NCBI GenBank assembly: GCA_977016875.1
Contig: CDRNST010000191.1
Coordinates: forward strand, 992,001-1,056,000
Direction: 5' to 3'
DNA from: Pavona decussata
Lineage: Eukaryota
DNA length: 64,000 nt
The translations under genes and the position numbers were made by a program. Every line of letters starts with the position of its first letter. The first letter of the stretch is position 1. The notes beneath the pieces were generated by a model. It was not told the origin of the DNA. It was given only the letters and a program-made list of their open reading frames with translations, and did no database searches. Below, one piece after another: positions 27,052-40,082 of the stretch.

Positions 27052-27085
27052 TTGATGTCAGGAGCTTATCAGCTCCTGTTGATGT
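27052..27085 (+). mobile_element. Excision footprint or minimal remnant of the P-like element
   Basis: TTGATGT + CAGGAGCTTATC + AGCTCCTG + TTGATGT: left-TIR start joined to right-TIR end between perfect 7-bp direct repeats. Confidence 0.88.
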
Positions 27086-28396
27086 ACAACATCTTTCCCG
27101 AAAACTGTCATGAATAATATGTAATTTTTATCTCTATTCGATCTTAGGCGTCACTTGAAAGTGAAAGGGATATTTCCCTTTGGGTAATTATATTGTCAGT
27201 GCGGTATTCTTAGATATTGGCCTACAGCTCATCCCTCCCATTCTGTTTTGCACCCATATTTCTTTCTTGGATCATTAAGGTTTTTGTTCAGGCCCAGGCT
27301 TAAACCTGACCCTGACAAGGTCGAGTTTCGACCATGATATTAAGGTAACTAGTTCCTCAAAATAATAATTTTCTCAAACATTTACTGATTGTTTACTACA
27401 TGTTATACGTATTATTTCAAGAAATGCAATAAAAAAGTATTGGTCACTGTGTCCGCAAAAGAGCTACAATCCACTCCGTTCACCCCATAATTGATTGCAA
27501 AATGTTCTTTTAAATATGAGTCCATTTGATCAGTTCAGTGAACTACGTTGAAAAAGCAGGACTTCAACTTCAAAAACGTTATAGATCAAATATATGAATC
27601 ATAAGCAGGAATTAAAGATAAAATTTTTGGTCGGGTGAATCAAAGTATGAAGCAGTATTGACCCAAAACGTTTCATGCGTGCGTGTTCGTGCGTGCGTGC
27701 GTGTTATCGCTATTGTACCGGTTCCCGTGTAGTGGCTACGCTCGTACGTGTTCCTGGCGATAAAGTCATTTTTCCGTCGTAATTTTTTTCCAAAACAATT
27801 ACAACGTAAAGAGGAAAAAAGATACGTGATGGTGTTTGTTTAGCAGAAAATAACCATTTAGTAATAATTGGCTAATCTTAGCATGAAGGAAAACCCGCTT
27901 CGTTTGCAACGTGGCGCACTAACGACGCAAGAGATTATGCGCAGTTTTTCTTCCATCTCCGTTTTGTGACAGCGTGGTTTTGAAGTATGGACTACCGACG
28001 CTATTCACATTTGCTGTGTTCAGTCAGGATCCATAGTTGAGAGTATTCCTGAATAAAGTCAAAACGGCATGCATTCTCACTTGAAAGCTAGCCTTTCTTC
28101 TTGATAGCAAGAAACTGAAACTGCATGATCTCGATTTGAGTTAAACGCGAGATTCGTGAGTGAAAAGAGAAGAAAGCTTTCTGCCCTCTCCTCTTACATT
28201 TGTAAAATCTTTGAATATCGGATCTTGTGATCGATATAATTAATTCATGATAAGTGTTTGCAACGCAGGCTGTTATACCCCAGATGACTCTTACAAGTTA
28301 ACATTACACCCGACACTTTCGACTGTTAATAAGAAATTTAACAAAACAAAATCCTCATTTGCTTGTTTAGAGCAAAGCTTTTATTGCTTAAATCGT

Positions 28397-31300
28397 TTAC
28401 AACTCATCTTTCGGTGCCTTTTCCTCTTCTCCTTTTCCCTCTTTTTCGTCATTTCTCGTTAACTTCATTACCTTAGGAACAAGGTCATTCCAAAACGCCA
28501 TGTTGCTCGCCTTGTACCTACGTTCAACCCTAGGTTTCAACTCAAGAACTAGGTATGCCTGCTCTTCTTCTGTAAATGTAGGCCACGTGACCGGTGTAGG
28601 ACCAGAGTCGGGTGGATTTGGAGAACTGCAAAGTACAGGTTTCCTTGAATAATTTGAGAATTTCCTTCTAACATTCATGACTAAACACTTATACATCAGA
28701 CCTCAGTTTAATCCACCTTGGTCAACGAGAAGCCAGATGTTACCGCGCCAGAGAATCATCTGCTCAGTAGAAACAAGTCTCACTGAAAAACGCATGCTTC
28801 ACGCGAAAACTGTAATCACTAAAACAATTTAAAAAACAACTGGAGAATGCTACGCTTAAAGATATTTTAAAGGAAAATGTTTGTGGTAAAGTCACCAAAA
28901 TTGACAATAATGCTCGGCTAACTGTTAGCGGGCCAAAAGACCATAGTAAACGGGAGCCTGGAAGGACAGAGCACTCAGCACAACTCTCNNNNNNNNNNNN
29001 NNNNNNNNNNNNNNNNNNNNNNNNNNNNNNNNNNNNNNNNNNNNNNNNNNNNNNNNNNNNNNNNNNNNNNNNNNNNNNNNNNNNNNNNNNNNNNNNNNNN
29101 NNNNNNNNNNNNNNNNNNNNNNNNNNNNNNNNNNNNNNNNNNNNNNNNNNNNNNNNNNNNNNNNNNNNNNNNNNNNNNNNGACTACGATGAATTATTTCT
29201 CGCTATATGCTGGTTAGTATTGGAATATACTAAAACAGTAAGTCACCTTAGAGTCGTTGAGTGAATATCCAGCATGCACGATCCACCTCCAATTCAACGA
29301 ATAATTGTAAAACTTAAATCGAACCTAGTTTAATGACCTTAGCTCCCACGAGTCTCGGAAGGTCATTGGTTCGATTCCTGTTGGAAGCACTCGGATTTTC
29401 TTTTCCCGAGTATGCCTGTGTCACTGACTGAAAAAATATTTCGATCATTTTATCGTATACTTACCCATATTTGGCAAAGTCTGTCCACAGCTTCATGACG
29501 TACAAACTGAATCCCTTTTCTGTGTCGGAAAAATTGCTCGTCCCAAAATTTAATGGACCAGGTATATTCATCAATGGCACACCAAAAACAAAAGGGACGT
29601 CTTCTGCATGGGTGGCACCAGCCCACTCGGGAAAAGTCGAGAAGACTGGTTTGTGGTCGAACACAAAAACATAAGGCGGGCGTCCTCCCTGCATATTCAA
29701 ACAATTAAATGTTTTAATTATTAAAACAGAAACCAAAAAAAAAAAAAAACAGAAAAGCAAGCAATCAATAATAATAATGATGATGACAAGGTGGTGCTAA
29801 CGTTTGCGTCCGCGAAGGAACATAACTGATTCCAAGCGCTTTTGGATTTGCCAGCGCTATATAATTTGTAATGGTAACGCTTTGTAGCTCCGAGTGATAG
29901 GAGTCATAGAGTGGTTTTCAATAATTGAGTGTCCAAAGTAATTTGCCTTTGCTTTGGTTTTGCTTTAATACGCACGCCAATTTTTCAACCAGTGAGAAGA
30001 AAACCAAAACCAATCGTAACTTGGACTCACGTGTTTCCCCGCGCTTGGCACTAGTTTGATTTATTTGCTCCGAATTCTGATTGGTCCATTTAATTTGTGT
30101 TTGTCGTGATTGGTCAGAGTACTAACTTCGGTTTTGATATTGGGATACTTAAATGAAAACCGCTCTGATAATAAACCAATTTCTATCTAAAAGTGACATG
30201 AAAGAAAGAAATGTTTCCATGTACTGGTTTACCTTTGCTAAGGCTTTAGCCTCTTGAAGAGCAGGGGCCACAAACAGTGCGTCACCGAAGCAATCTACCC
30301 ACGACTGCCGAATGGCGATTTTATCGTCAGGGTCATCATGGTTGCTGTATTGGAACAAAATCAAGTCTTCGATGATCCGGCTTTTCTTTCGAGCGTAAAA
30401 CATTTCATTCTTAACGAAGTACTCAAAGTGCTTTCGATCCATTCCATGTTTTATCTGGTCAGGAGGCTGTAGCAAACTGAAAAAGGATCCTTCGCTGGAA
30501 GCAAAACCAGTTATGGCATCGCTATCATGGAATTTGCCTGCTTTGAATAAGTTTTCTGGCAGATCGGGGAGAAATTCGCCATCAACTATAGGCGCTACGA
30601 TGTCTTGTGGGCCAGTGTATTTATCACGATAGAAGGAACCTTGTGCCTCTAAAATTTCCTCAACCGTCTTACCTCGGACGCACTCCACAATGTCTGGCCC
30701 CAAGCTGCAATTAATAGCTCTAGCAAACCACTCTAGCTGTTGAGGTTTAGAAACTTTTCCGCCGAAACCTGGTATCAAGGATGAACCACTCTGTGCAATG
30801 GTTCTGCTAAAAAGACCTTTAGACAGAGGCGATATTCGATGAAAGGAAGCACTTATTCCTCCTGCGCTCTCACCAAATATGGTCACTCGCTTGGGATCTC
30901 CGCCAAAACTGGCTATGTTGGCTTGAACCCATTTTAATGCTAGCACCTTGATGGGCATACAAAAAGAGAACAAATTAACTGGACTTATCACGAATACAAA
31001 TCGCTGCATCAGTCAATTCCAACAATCTCCACACCCCTCCTCGGGTAACTTCAGTTGCATAAAAAAAATGATAACAAAAGCACCATGGGAGGGGGAGGGG
31101 GGTGGGAAAGCACGAGAAGAGAAGGGATCGTCTTCTAAACGCTTGAAGTGTTTTGTGGATCTACTATTTCTTATTTTTAACTTAAGCGATTGACTGTACA
31201 GGTACTTTTACTCAAGATGATAACTAAGTTAGTTCTGAAAACTGAGAAATTCACAGTAAGGTATGCTACCTGATCGAACATCCCATAATTTCCTTTTACA

Positions 31301-33408
31301 TCGGTTCCGGGAACGTTAAAGAAGCCAAGTACTCCGAGACGATAGTTAAGAGTCACAAAGATGACGTCATTGAAGGTTGCTAAGATTCCACCCATATAAA
31401 AGTTAGCAGATCCAAACCAGAATGCTCCGCCATGAATCCATACCATTACCGCCATCTTGTCATCGGGTGTGATGGTCGAGGGAACGAAGATGTTCAGAAA
31501 GAGACAGTCTTCACTCTTTGTCTCTAATCAAGGAAGGAGTATATGAAAATGAACTGTAATCAAACTATTTGAGAAAACATTTTATCCTCATCTGTAACTG
31601 TTGCTTAAGGAATAGAAAACACCAAAGACTTTCCATGTTTCTACAACGCCACTCGAGTAGAGATTGGGGAGAACAATAAAACGTTGGTGGAAGCATAAAC
31701 GTACCGCAGTGAAGTGCTACCAGCGCTGTTTAGAGTGCTCCCAAACGACTACGAGGGCATCGATTAATTCCACAGAAACACGAGTTCCCTACATAGAAAT
31801 GGCGAGCCGTAGCTAAAATCTCGAGGTTCTGGGCTAAAGCCCTGCTATGACCAATAACTAGAGTCCTTGTTGAACCTTGGCCACACTTGGTAGTGGTGAA
31901 AAATAATCAAGATGAGTTCAGGATAACAGGCAGCAGTATACATTTTCCATTAGCTGGTCTTAAATTTTAATTTAAAGATTAAAAACATATGCAATAAGAT
32001 GTTGAATCAATGATGAGAAAAAACTTTGTGGATACTGTGTACATCTCAGCTTTTCGAATGCTCCAATCAACAGTGGGCAAGGTGAGCTGAACATGCGCTA
32101 GACAAGGAGGCAGTAAAGAACTTAACCTGCGATCAGGGATGAGATGAAGGTGGGGAGGGTATGGACTGGGATCGTCACGCAAGGAAAGTTGTGTGACAAC
32201 CAAATAAAGCATCTATCAATTAATTAATTTAATAATGTATTCATATTTATTGTTTTGTATTTTTTATTCTGGGACCTCTTTTATAAAAATGAAACGAAAA
32301 TACTTCCTGTTCCGCACGCAAATCGGCACGAGATATTTTTAATTAAAAAAATATCTCGAGCTGTTAATAAAATGTCGTGGCTTAGCTCAGATAACACATT
32401 TAAAAACACCAAATCTAAACAAGTAGTCACGATCAAAGGCAGTAATTACGATCTGTATCGGACAAAATAGCAAGTATTTATGCTTATACAGTTCAGACAA
32501 TAGGTCGAAGCTACAAGTAAAAAACTACTCACCGCTGAGGCGTTTCTACTTTCCCTCCCTCGGGCAATACTCAATCGACTGGTCACTGACTGGTTTGTTC
32601 CGAAGATTCTTTTGATCTTTCTTACGAAAGTCTCACCAGCTTGCAAGACTGAAGCAATGTCTGCTACCCTCCATCCCTCCTTCAACAAGAATACCACTCT
32701 CCATTGCAATTCTCTTGGATATTCTCGAGCCATTTTCAGTTCTGTTTTCCCGCCTCTCGTAAGAATTGCAAGCGGGCGAAACTGGGCGAGCGTGTTGCAT
32801 TGTTATTTGCATAACCCCGCCCCCAATCAGATCATTGACGGAACAGACAAACCCAAGTTTGCAAAACACGCAGCGCGATACAACGAATTTGGCTGTAACA
32901 AACTTACTGAATCTCTTTCCTTTCCCTTTGATTCGGAGGCATATGTTTAATAAAGTTTATATTTATTTATTTATTTAATTATTTATATTACTCGCTCTTG
33001 GGCCACAATATCGAAAAAGAAATAAAAATGATTACCTGATTCAGTTATATTCATCCCAGGAACTATAAATGGAGGCTGCACACACTCTGCTCCGAATTGA
33101 ATGGCTTCTTTAGTCCCTGACCAAGGTTTGGCGGGTTTTGGAGCAGCAAACCTCAAATCTCCGACTGGAGGTTCAGCATACGGGATACCAAGATACTCAT
33201 AAACTGATTTACCGTATGGGAGAGTCTCAATCTTCCCAACAACTGCACCAGACTCGGTCTGCACGACTGGGGAAGGTTGCTTCTCACCAAGCTCTGCTCG
33301 AGTGAACTTCGATGCAAAAATGGCAGGACAGATCATAAAAAGGCAGAGGGCACGACATCGAACTATTTTCATGACGAAGAAAGATTTTGCTACCGCAGTA
33401 AACGACAT
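28397..33408 (-). CDS. Type-B carboxylesterase (cholinesterase-like alpha/beta hydrolase) paralogue B, ER-retained; exons 33408-33036, 31523-31270, 30946-30233, 29688-29465, 28625-28397
   Basis: Hydrophobic leader; YLGIPYAEPP, SEDCLFLN, WIHGGAF, GESAG (Ser), GFASSEG (Glu), GATHAED (His), C-terminal KDEL*. GT-AG junctions are in frame. The true start could be Met at 33372. Confidence 0.9.
28989..29180. other. Assembly gap (N run) in the last intron of carboxylesterase B
   Basis: Run of n characters. Confidence 0.98.
29340..29437 (+). mobile_element. 5'-truncated SINE-like fragment
   Basis: B box GGTTCGATTCC followed by a short body ending tgtgtcactgactgaaaaaa. Confidence 0.45.
32530..32733 (-). 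mobile_element. Tc1/mariner/IS630-like N-terminal HTH fragment in intron 1 of carboxylesterase B
   Basis: MAREYPRELQWRVV...VADIASVLQAGETFVRKIKRIF matches the Y-x-x-(D/E)-L-R-W-R-V-V HTH start of Tc1-like transposases. Ends at a GTGAGT donor; no DDE exon found. Confidence 0.55.
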
Positions 33409-33555
33409 TCAGTGGAGTCCGAACCCCTTATGCATATAATGTGCTGTAACAACAACAATACTCTCTCCAAACGCTTTATAATGAATCGATACTGGAAATG
33501 ATTAGCCCTGGCGCATGACAGGGCACATGACAACTGTTTTTTTCCTGGAAGGGGA

Positions 33556-33594
33556 GGATCGCGGATCGAGGATCGGGGATCGTGGATCGCGGAT
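33556..33594 (+). repeat. 7-bp tandem repeat (GGATCGN)n
   Basis: ggatcgc ggatcga ggatcgg ggatcgt ggatcgc. Confidence 0.8.
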
Positions 33595-34254
33595 GGAAAG
33601 TGCTGGAAACTGGGGATGGTGGCAGCCACCTTCAGCGGTATTCCTGATTATCTACGGGTCGAAGGAGCACAAAAATGAAATGGCCACGGCAACGGTCACT
33701 GGAAGATCTGGAACGATAATTAAAAATAAAACTTATCTGAGATGTAGTTCAGTCACTCGGACTGGACCGTGCATTGAGCAGTTCGTTTATCCTCACTGTG
33801 GGGAATTTACTGGTTAGTTTGGCATGTTTTTTCAATGCTAATGCTCGGGTCTTAACTCGGGTGGGGATTGGCAAAGACTAAAACTAAAGTACCGTTTATT
33901 TGTCTTCGGAGAAAACATCTGGTAAAATCGATCACGTTCTCCAATCTTATTGGACAATGAAAATCGGTCCGATGGAGGTCGCGTCAACCATTTTCACCTT
34001 TGCTTTGCAAGCGCGTAGACCTTTTATAGTGTTGTCTCTCTGTGAAAAGTTTCAGTTGGTGAAAATTTTTGCTTAACAATCTGACGCGTACAACTAACTT
34101 GTGCGCGTCAGATACAGCGCGCCCACTTTAACCACCACTATCAACAAAGCATAAGCGGTGGCTTTCCTCTTTCCCAGAAACTTGAAATCATTTATTTTAT
34201 TTTTCTGAATGCGGTGGGTGAAATTTTACGGGCATTAATATGGCAAAAATGCCA

Positions 34255-34472
34255 CTTGAGCAGCTTTTATTTGAACAGTTTACTTTAGGATTTCATCCAC
34301 ATACTCAAAAGTTATAACCACCTTCTACAGCATAATAAACAGCAACACAGGAACGTCCTGTCCTTTCGTTTGAATGGTCACACTTGAGGGTTTTTCCACA
34401 GGCTCAAAAGTTAGAGCCACCTTATATAGCACAATTACAATACCAGAGGAAAGTACAGCTCAGTTGCTTTCA
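34255..34472 (+). repeat. Dispersed ~105-bp unit repeat (also about 52090-52430 and 59160-59240)
   Basis: Recurring acaggaaagt(a/g)c(t/a)gctcag...ctttcatttgaa...ggatttcatcca...actcaaaag. Confidence 0.6.
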
Positions 34473-35327
34473 CCAAGGCTATTAAAAGGGTAGAAATATC
34501 AGTAAAATATAGACTGCTATGGGGTGGATAGGACTCGCTGTCTAATAAAACTGCAATGAATGTAATAGGTTGGGATAAGCTTGCGGACATTCGTCAGAGT
34601 GGACGTTGGAGGCTCGCCAGAAGTTGATTGAAACACAAGAAGTTAATGCAAATGTGAAGAAATGAGCTGAAACCTGGATAAGCAGTGCGTATTAAAACCA
34701 GTCTATTACACAGCCGTTAATTGGCTGGCCATGCAACTCTCCTCACCGTTATTGTTCGTGGAAGTGAGGTCACTGACGCGCTAAATAACGGTTGCGTTGG
34801 AGACAGTAAAGGATGCCAGGCAAATTGAGGAGTAGACTGGTGACTTGAAGAACGTTTAATTAACTAAGTAGAAAGATGAAAACCGTGGTAAAACTAATAC
34901 ACTGAACATGATTTCTTCGACCGGGTACATCAAGAGATCTCTTGTTAAACAGAGATCATACAATTTAAAGCAATTTTACGGCAGTGAGAGTCACAGGCCA
35001 AACGCTACACATAAACTTTTTTCATTTCGTAAGTATCTTATCGAAATAAACTTGCGTTGTGAATGTACACGAAAAAGGTTCTACACCACGCGAATGTGGT
35101 TGATCTTAGATGATAAATGAAAACCCCCACTGATCAAAGACAATACTGATCGTAACCGGTTACTCTGAATGACCTTTGAACAATATGAGATCGAGTGAAA
35201 TGCATTATATATTTTTTTCATTTTAAATTGAAATGTTCCCTTTCCACATCTGAACCGCGTGTTCTAATCAGATTAATTTCGAGATAGATTATTGAACGTG
35301 CGTTTTGCTCTGTTTGTATAGCGGATT

Positions 35328-35888
35328 TCAAAAACCCAGTCCCACTCGTGTACGTCTGTTCGCTTCAGCTTCCTTTCTTGGTGGCGCAAACCTCTGTAAA
35401 TCGCCGAAATATTCTTCACTGGTCAACAAACATGAAATTAAACCTTGAAACCGTGGATCTCGCGAAGGGTCGTGATCAACACGCTTTTGGGCTGCTCCCG
35501 TGTGAATAACTCTTGAATTATTACTGGCATCAATATCTGGCAAGAAAGGTTCATTTGTCTCGTTTACGCCCGCTCGCTTTCTTAATCCTCGTCTTGTAGG
35601 CTTGATCGGGCTTTCAATAGGTGGCAGTTTTACGATGTTAAACCCAGATTTCGCTTGAGATTTTCTTCGTATTTCTGCAGTTCTTGCTTCCAGTTCCCAT
35701 GATTTGTGATTAGATTCGTCCTTTCGCCTTGCTTTCCTCTGTATTTCAATTATTTTCCTGTGTCTTTCCCTCTGAGCCTTCGATTCCCTGTTGTACAGCT
35801 GGATAATGTCTTTGCCTGTTTGTCCTTGATCCATCCATAGATCACGAGCATCTCGCAGTTTTTCTAAATTCAGTTTCCCTCTCCACAT
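35328..35888 (-). CDS. Uncharacterised basic protein (186 aa) with C-terminal DPRFQxLISCL motif
   Basis: ATG-initiated 186-aa ORF, charged/coiled-coil-like; shares RDPRFQ.LISCL with the 45209-46174 ORF. Confidence 0.65.
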   Translation of the reverse strand: MWRGKLNLEKLRDARDLWMDQGQTGKDIIQLYNRESKAQRERHRKIIEIQRKARRKDESNHKSWELEARTAEIRRKSQAKSGFNIVKLPPIESPIKPTRRGLRKRAGVNETNEPFLPDIDASNNSRVIHTGAAQKRVDHDPSRDPRFQGLISCLLTSEEYFGDLQRFAPPRKEAEANRRTRVGLGF

Positions 35889-36455
35889 TGTAAAACTGTC
35901 ACATTGTGTTGATCATTACGCATAATAAAACACCGTATTGACACTGTTGTGAGCATCCATCGCCTCTTAAAGTCGTTAAATCAAGGTTATTATCCCGAAA
36001 GTCACAAAACCCAAAGACTGTGATTTTAGATGACTCGGGCTAACCAGATAGGAAAAGTTTGGTCCAACTTTGCGAAGTAATTGGGTCGTGTACACGCGCT
36101 CTTCTGGCTTGAATGCTTCCTGCAGTCGCTGTTAATGTTTGGTGTTTGGATCAGCAGATCATGTTGCTGTGCATGCCCGAGGCGATTAAATAATTTGACA
36201 GATGGTGAAACATTGTTTACATACCATTAACGAAGCAGATCGTATAACTGATTTAAAATTTCTACCTTTATTATAAATATTGTCTTTTTTATTTTACGGT
36301 TGTTTTTTTTTGGAAAGGTTTGCTTACTAAAGCAGCAAAAGCGGAAAAACGCTTTTCACTCAGCTTTCATTTTTCGGATCAATATATAAAAGTTACGTGG
36401 GTGCCTTGCATGACTAATTCTATTTTAAGACTTCCAACTTGCTTTCTATTCTATT

Positions 36456-36758
36456 TTAGCATACCTCAGTGACCGACTATTACGTAAACGCGCAATCTGA
36501 TTGGCTACACAGGTGCCGTCTATCGATCGATAGACGGCAGTTTGTCAGAGCGCGCGCGATCTAGTATGCATCATTGCACAAATATATCAACATTTATGAA
36601 ATTAAAATATTTTTTGCTTCATAGATCGATCACTGAGGTATGCTAAAACAATTAGACGGCTCGCTCTCGGTTTCTATCGCCTTTGATAGTTGGCTCGGGG
36701 CTTCGCCCCTCGCCAACTATCAGCCGATAGAAACCTCGAGCTCGCCGTCTAATTGTTA
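36456..36758. repeat. Double-palindrome MITE-like repeat
   Basis: ttagcatacctcagtga / tcactgaggtatgctaa, then aacaattagacggc / gccgtctaattgtt. Confidence 0.6.
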
Positions 36759-37369
36759 ATTATTTCAGTCTTTTCTCTAGTTTCTATCTTTTCTTTTAAA
36801 TTTTTGGCTGCCTTTAACTTTAAGACAATATTATAAAACGCTAAAACTAACAGGAATTTTTAGCCACAGGAGTATTTTAGAGCTATTGTTCTTCTTGTTG
36901 ATTTGTATCTTTAAGACAATAGCAATCACGCCGTGTCAGGAATAAGCATGATATAAACACTCGCGTTGCCATGGGATCGCACGTAGTAAATATCATCGCG
37001 TGACTTTTTATGCGTGATCTCCATTAACCTGCGCATAAATCAACACCAAAACAAAACTGCGGCCACTTAAACCTGTGAAGCTGATATTTATACAATCCAT
37101 GACAGCTCTAGCCTCTTCTTCTTGCTATCACCAAAACTGCAAAAACCCTTAACATGTCCATCAGTGAGTTCATTTTTAAACATTTCCGAGGATAACGGAA
37201 TGGTGTTCGAGCATCGTCCGAATAGCCGGACATTGTCAAAGGTTACAGAACCTGTTTTATACCGCTGACGTTTTGGTTCAGAGATTGGCCATGTCTGGTC
37301 TGAGATTTCATTTTGTACTCTTGTTTCAGAGTTGACAGATTGATTTGAGAAAATGTTCATGTATCGACC

Positions 37370-37558
37370 AATAGACCTATTCGGCTAACCCAATGTTGTA
37401 CCCAATTCAGATCCCCGGGGTTAAGATTCTTTGTTTATTGCATTTGCATTATAATGTAGCATTCACATTTAAATGATATGGAAATACTTAGAACAAAACA
37501 TTTTATGCCCAAAGGGTTTGAATTGGTTACAACATTGCGTTAGCCGAATGGGTCTATT
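37370..37558. mobile_element. MITE with ~40-bp TIRs
   Basis: aatagacctattcggctaacccaatgttgtacccaattca versus tgaattggttacaacattgcgttagccgaatgggtctatt. Confidence 0.75.
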
Positions 37559-37627
37559 GTGCTCAGAATGCTAAGGATTGCAGGGCCCCACTGAAAACCG
37601 CCAAGGCGAGTGGGCTCCCTGGATAAA

Positions 37628-37711
<84 letters not shown>

Positions 37712-37857
37712 AAGGATATTATTGTATTCATCATGAAAATTAATTATCTTTAGAAGTTCATTACTAGATGAACAATTTTCTTTCCGTAAGGCGATGAAAA
37801 ATGTAACTCAAAATGGGGCAACGGATTCACCTTAGCGAATATGGAAAAACGTAGATG

Positions 37858-37906
<49 letters not shown>
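37628..37906. repeat. (ATT)n and (AAT)n microsatellites in opposite orientation
   Basis: (ATT)n at 37628-37711; (AAT)n at about 37858-37906. Confidence 0.9.
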
Positions 37907-37907
<1 letters not shown>

Positions 37908-38636
37908 GTCTTTTAGTTTGTTACAGAAAAAAAAACATGACAAGAGAGTATGAAGTCCCCTCTTGAATACGGTTCTTCTTCGATCAGTATTCCGCAATGG
38001 ACAAATAAATTGAGAGATTAGATGAACTTTTTACCTACTTTGTCAAAAAGCCTTCACCTATTTTGTAAAGTGGCGTTCAAAACGTTCCATCACAGGAGAA
38101 AGATTAATAGACCCACGGGCGCGCATTATAAAATGTGTTTTACCGCCTAATCCATTTTCAGATTTCCGTGAAAAAGACAAAGAAACCAAATGTTTGGATG
38201 TATTAAAAAAGGCCTCCCAGAGACGGATTTCTTGGGTTTGAAATCCAGTTTTATATTTGAAAATAAAAAAAGAACACTGAAAACTGAAAACGAATCACGA
38301 ACTCCACATTAGAATTATCCCAAACGAATCAGAACAACATTTTCTTCCCTGGACTGAGCTAATCGGACTTTGAACAAGCGTTCGCAAGTCCTTTCTACGC
38401 CTTCAGTGTCGAGTGAGGACATCCGTAATTTCTGAAACCCTGAAAGAAGTATTCCGAGAGTAAAACTCTTTTTGATTGACTGACGGTATCCTACATTTTT
38501 GTTTTATCCCGGGCCTGTGTATTAACTGCGAATTAAATGGGTTCATTTCCTTTCCTCATTCTCGACCCTAGAGCCGCTCGGCTTAGACTACGTCATACAC
38601 CCGCCGTCAGTCATGCGCAATAAGGGAAGAGCTCTG

Positions 38637-39953
38637 GACCCAGTTGTTCAAAGCCTGATTAAGCTTGATTAAGCTAATCCTGGATTAAAGGGAACTTTGA
38701 TTCCAGTTTAATTACAAACCAATAAAGATTCTTCAAAAAGATTTTTATCCCTCAGTTTTGACTTAGACTTTTCTTTACCATTAGCTTAAAGGGGGATTTT
38801 AAGCCACTTTTACGCCACTTGACATGCATGGCTTTAATGGAAATATCTCGTTCACGTTTCAAGAAATCCAAAAACTCTACACTCATCCCATGAATCTGTG
38901 TTGTGGGGTGTTTGGTGAATTTTTGGGTATATTTGGGAGGAGATAGTTTTCTTGAAGGATTGGTAAAATTAAGAGAAATAAGAAATATTGAAGATTTAGT
39001 GAAGTTTTAAAATTAAAAATTTTAGTTAATAATCAATAGACGGACACCAAGTTAGTCCACTAGCAACCTGGGGTGCTCTTGCGTGTGTATGAACTGTCTG
39101 TTAGTGTTCCAAAAATCATTTTCCTTCTTCTATCCCTTCTTAAAACTTCTTCAAATTTCATTCAAATTTAGGTAGAATGACCCCTTAAGGTTACCGTATA
39201 CCTTTGGAGGTGTCTGACGTCCAAGTAATGTAGCGCGTCCGGTGTAAACTGTAGATACCTAAACCCCTATATCAAGTTAAAGCTTATAGAGCTGGCTATC
39301 AAACTATACCAAGAATTTTGAAATAAAAAGAATTGTCAAATTTTAGCGCTGTTTTTTCGAATCAATTTTTTTAATTAAAGGGGACACTTTAAAGAGCTAA
39401 AACTCAAAGGGAATTTATTCGTTTGGCTTCAAATTTGGACAGTACCCAGTTTAACATAAAAGCAACAAAGAAATTGTCTGCGAATTTTTTCTTTCGAAAT
39501 GTGTTTTCTCCGAGAGCGATTTTTGTACGATCACTCCACATTTTTTTTATCCTATTTCGAAAATGACAAAACATAGACACCTTTTTTTTAGCGCTTTGGG
39601 TCCGGAAACTGAGGAGCAAATTAGATTAGGTAAATACAAAATACGCTTTGACTTGTAGTTTTCAAAAGGTGATTCGGACGCTCGCATTTAGAGGTTGTGA
39701 AAAATTCGACAATTCATTTTATTTCAAAATTCTTGGTATAGTTTGATAGCCAGCTCTATAAGCTTTAATTTGATATAGGGTTTTAGGTATCTACAGTTTC
39801 CGGACGAGCTGCATCGCTATGACACGAGATACCTCTGAGGGTATACGGTAACCTTAAAATTAGCTTTTTTTAAAAAAATGAACGAGTGAGATGAAAACCT
39901 CGGTTAACTTTTAATCGTGGGTTAGCGTTAATCGGCTTTCGAACAACCGGGCC
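38637..39953. mobile_element. PIF/Harbinger-like MITE with 3-bp CTG TSD
   Basis: gacccagttgttcaaagcc ... ggctttcgaacaaccgggcc, flanked by CTG on both sides. Confidence 0.7.
39189..39853. mobile_element. TTAA-flanked MITE with ~150-bp TIRs (Kolobok-like)
   Basis: TTAA|GGTTACCGTATACC ... GGTATACGGTAACC|TTAA, with long inverted identity including agcttatagagctggctatcaaactataccaagaattttgaaataaaa. Confidence 0.8.
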
Positions 39954-40082
39954 CTGGAGTCAAGAATGTTCCTTTCCTTGGCTTCAGCCGTAATTATGCC
40001 TATATTCCCTTTCGTATCTTCTTAGATTAGGCCTGTATTTTTTTTTTTTTTTTTGTATTCAGCTTATATGCACAGTACTAGC

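Larger units (their letters stand above)
38557..39968. mobile_element. Small element with CATTCT...AGAATG ends and 10-bp TSD (AcademH-type), carrying nested insertions
   Basis: TSD TTCCTTTCCT at 38547-38556 and 39969-39978. Confidence 0.7.
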
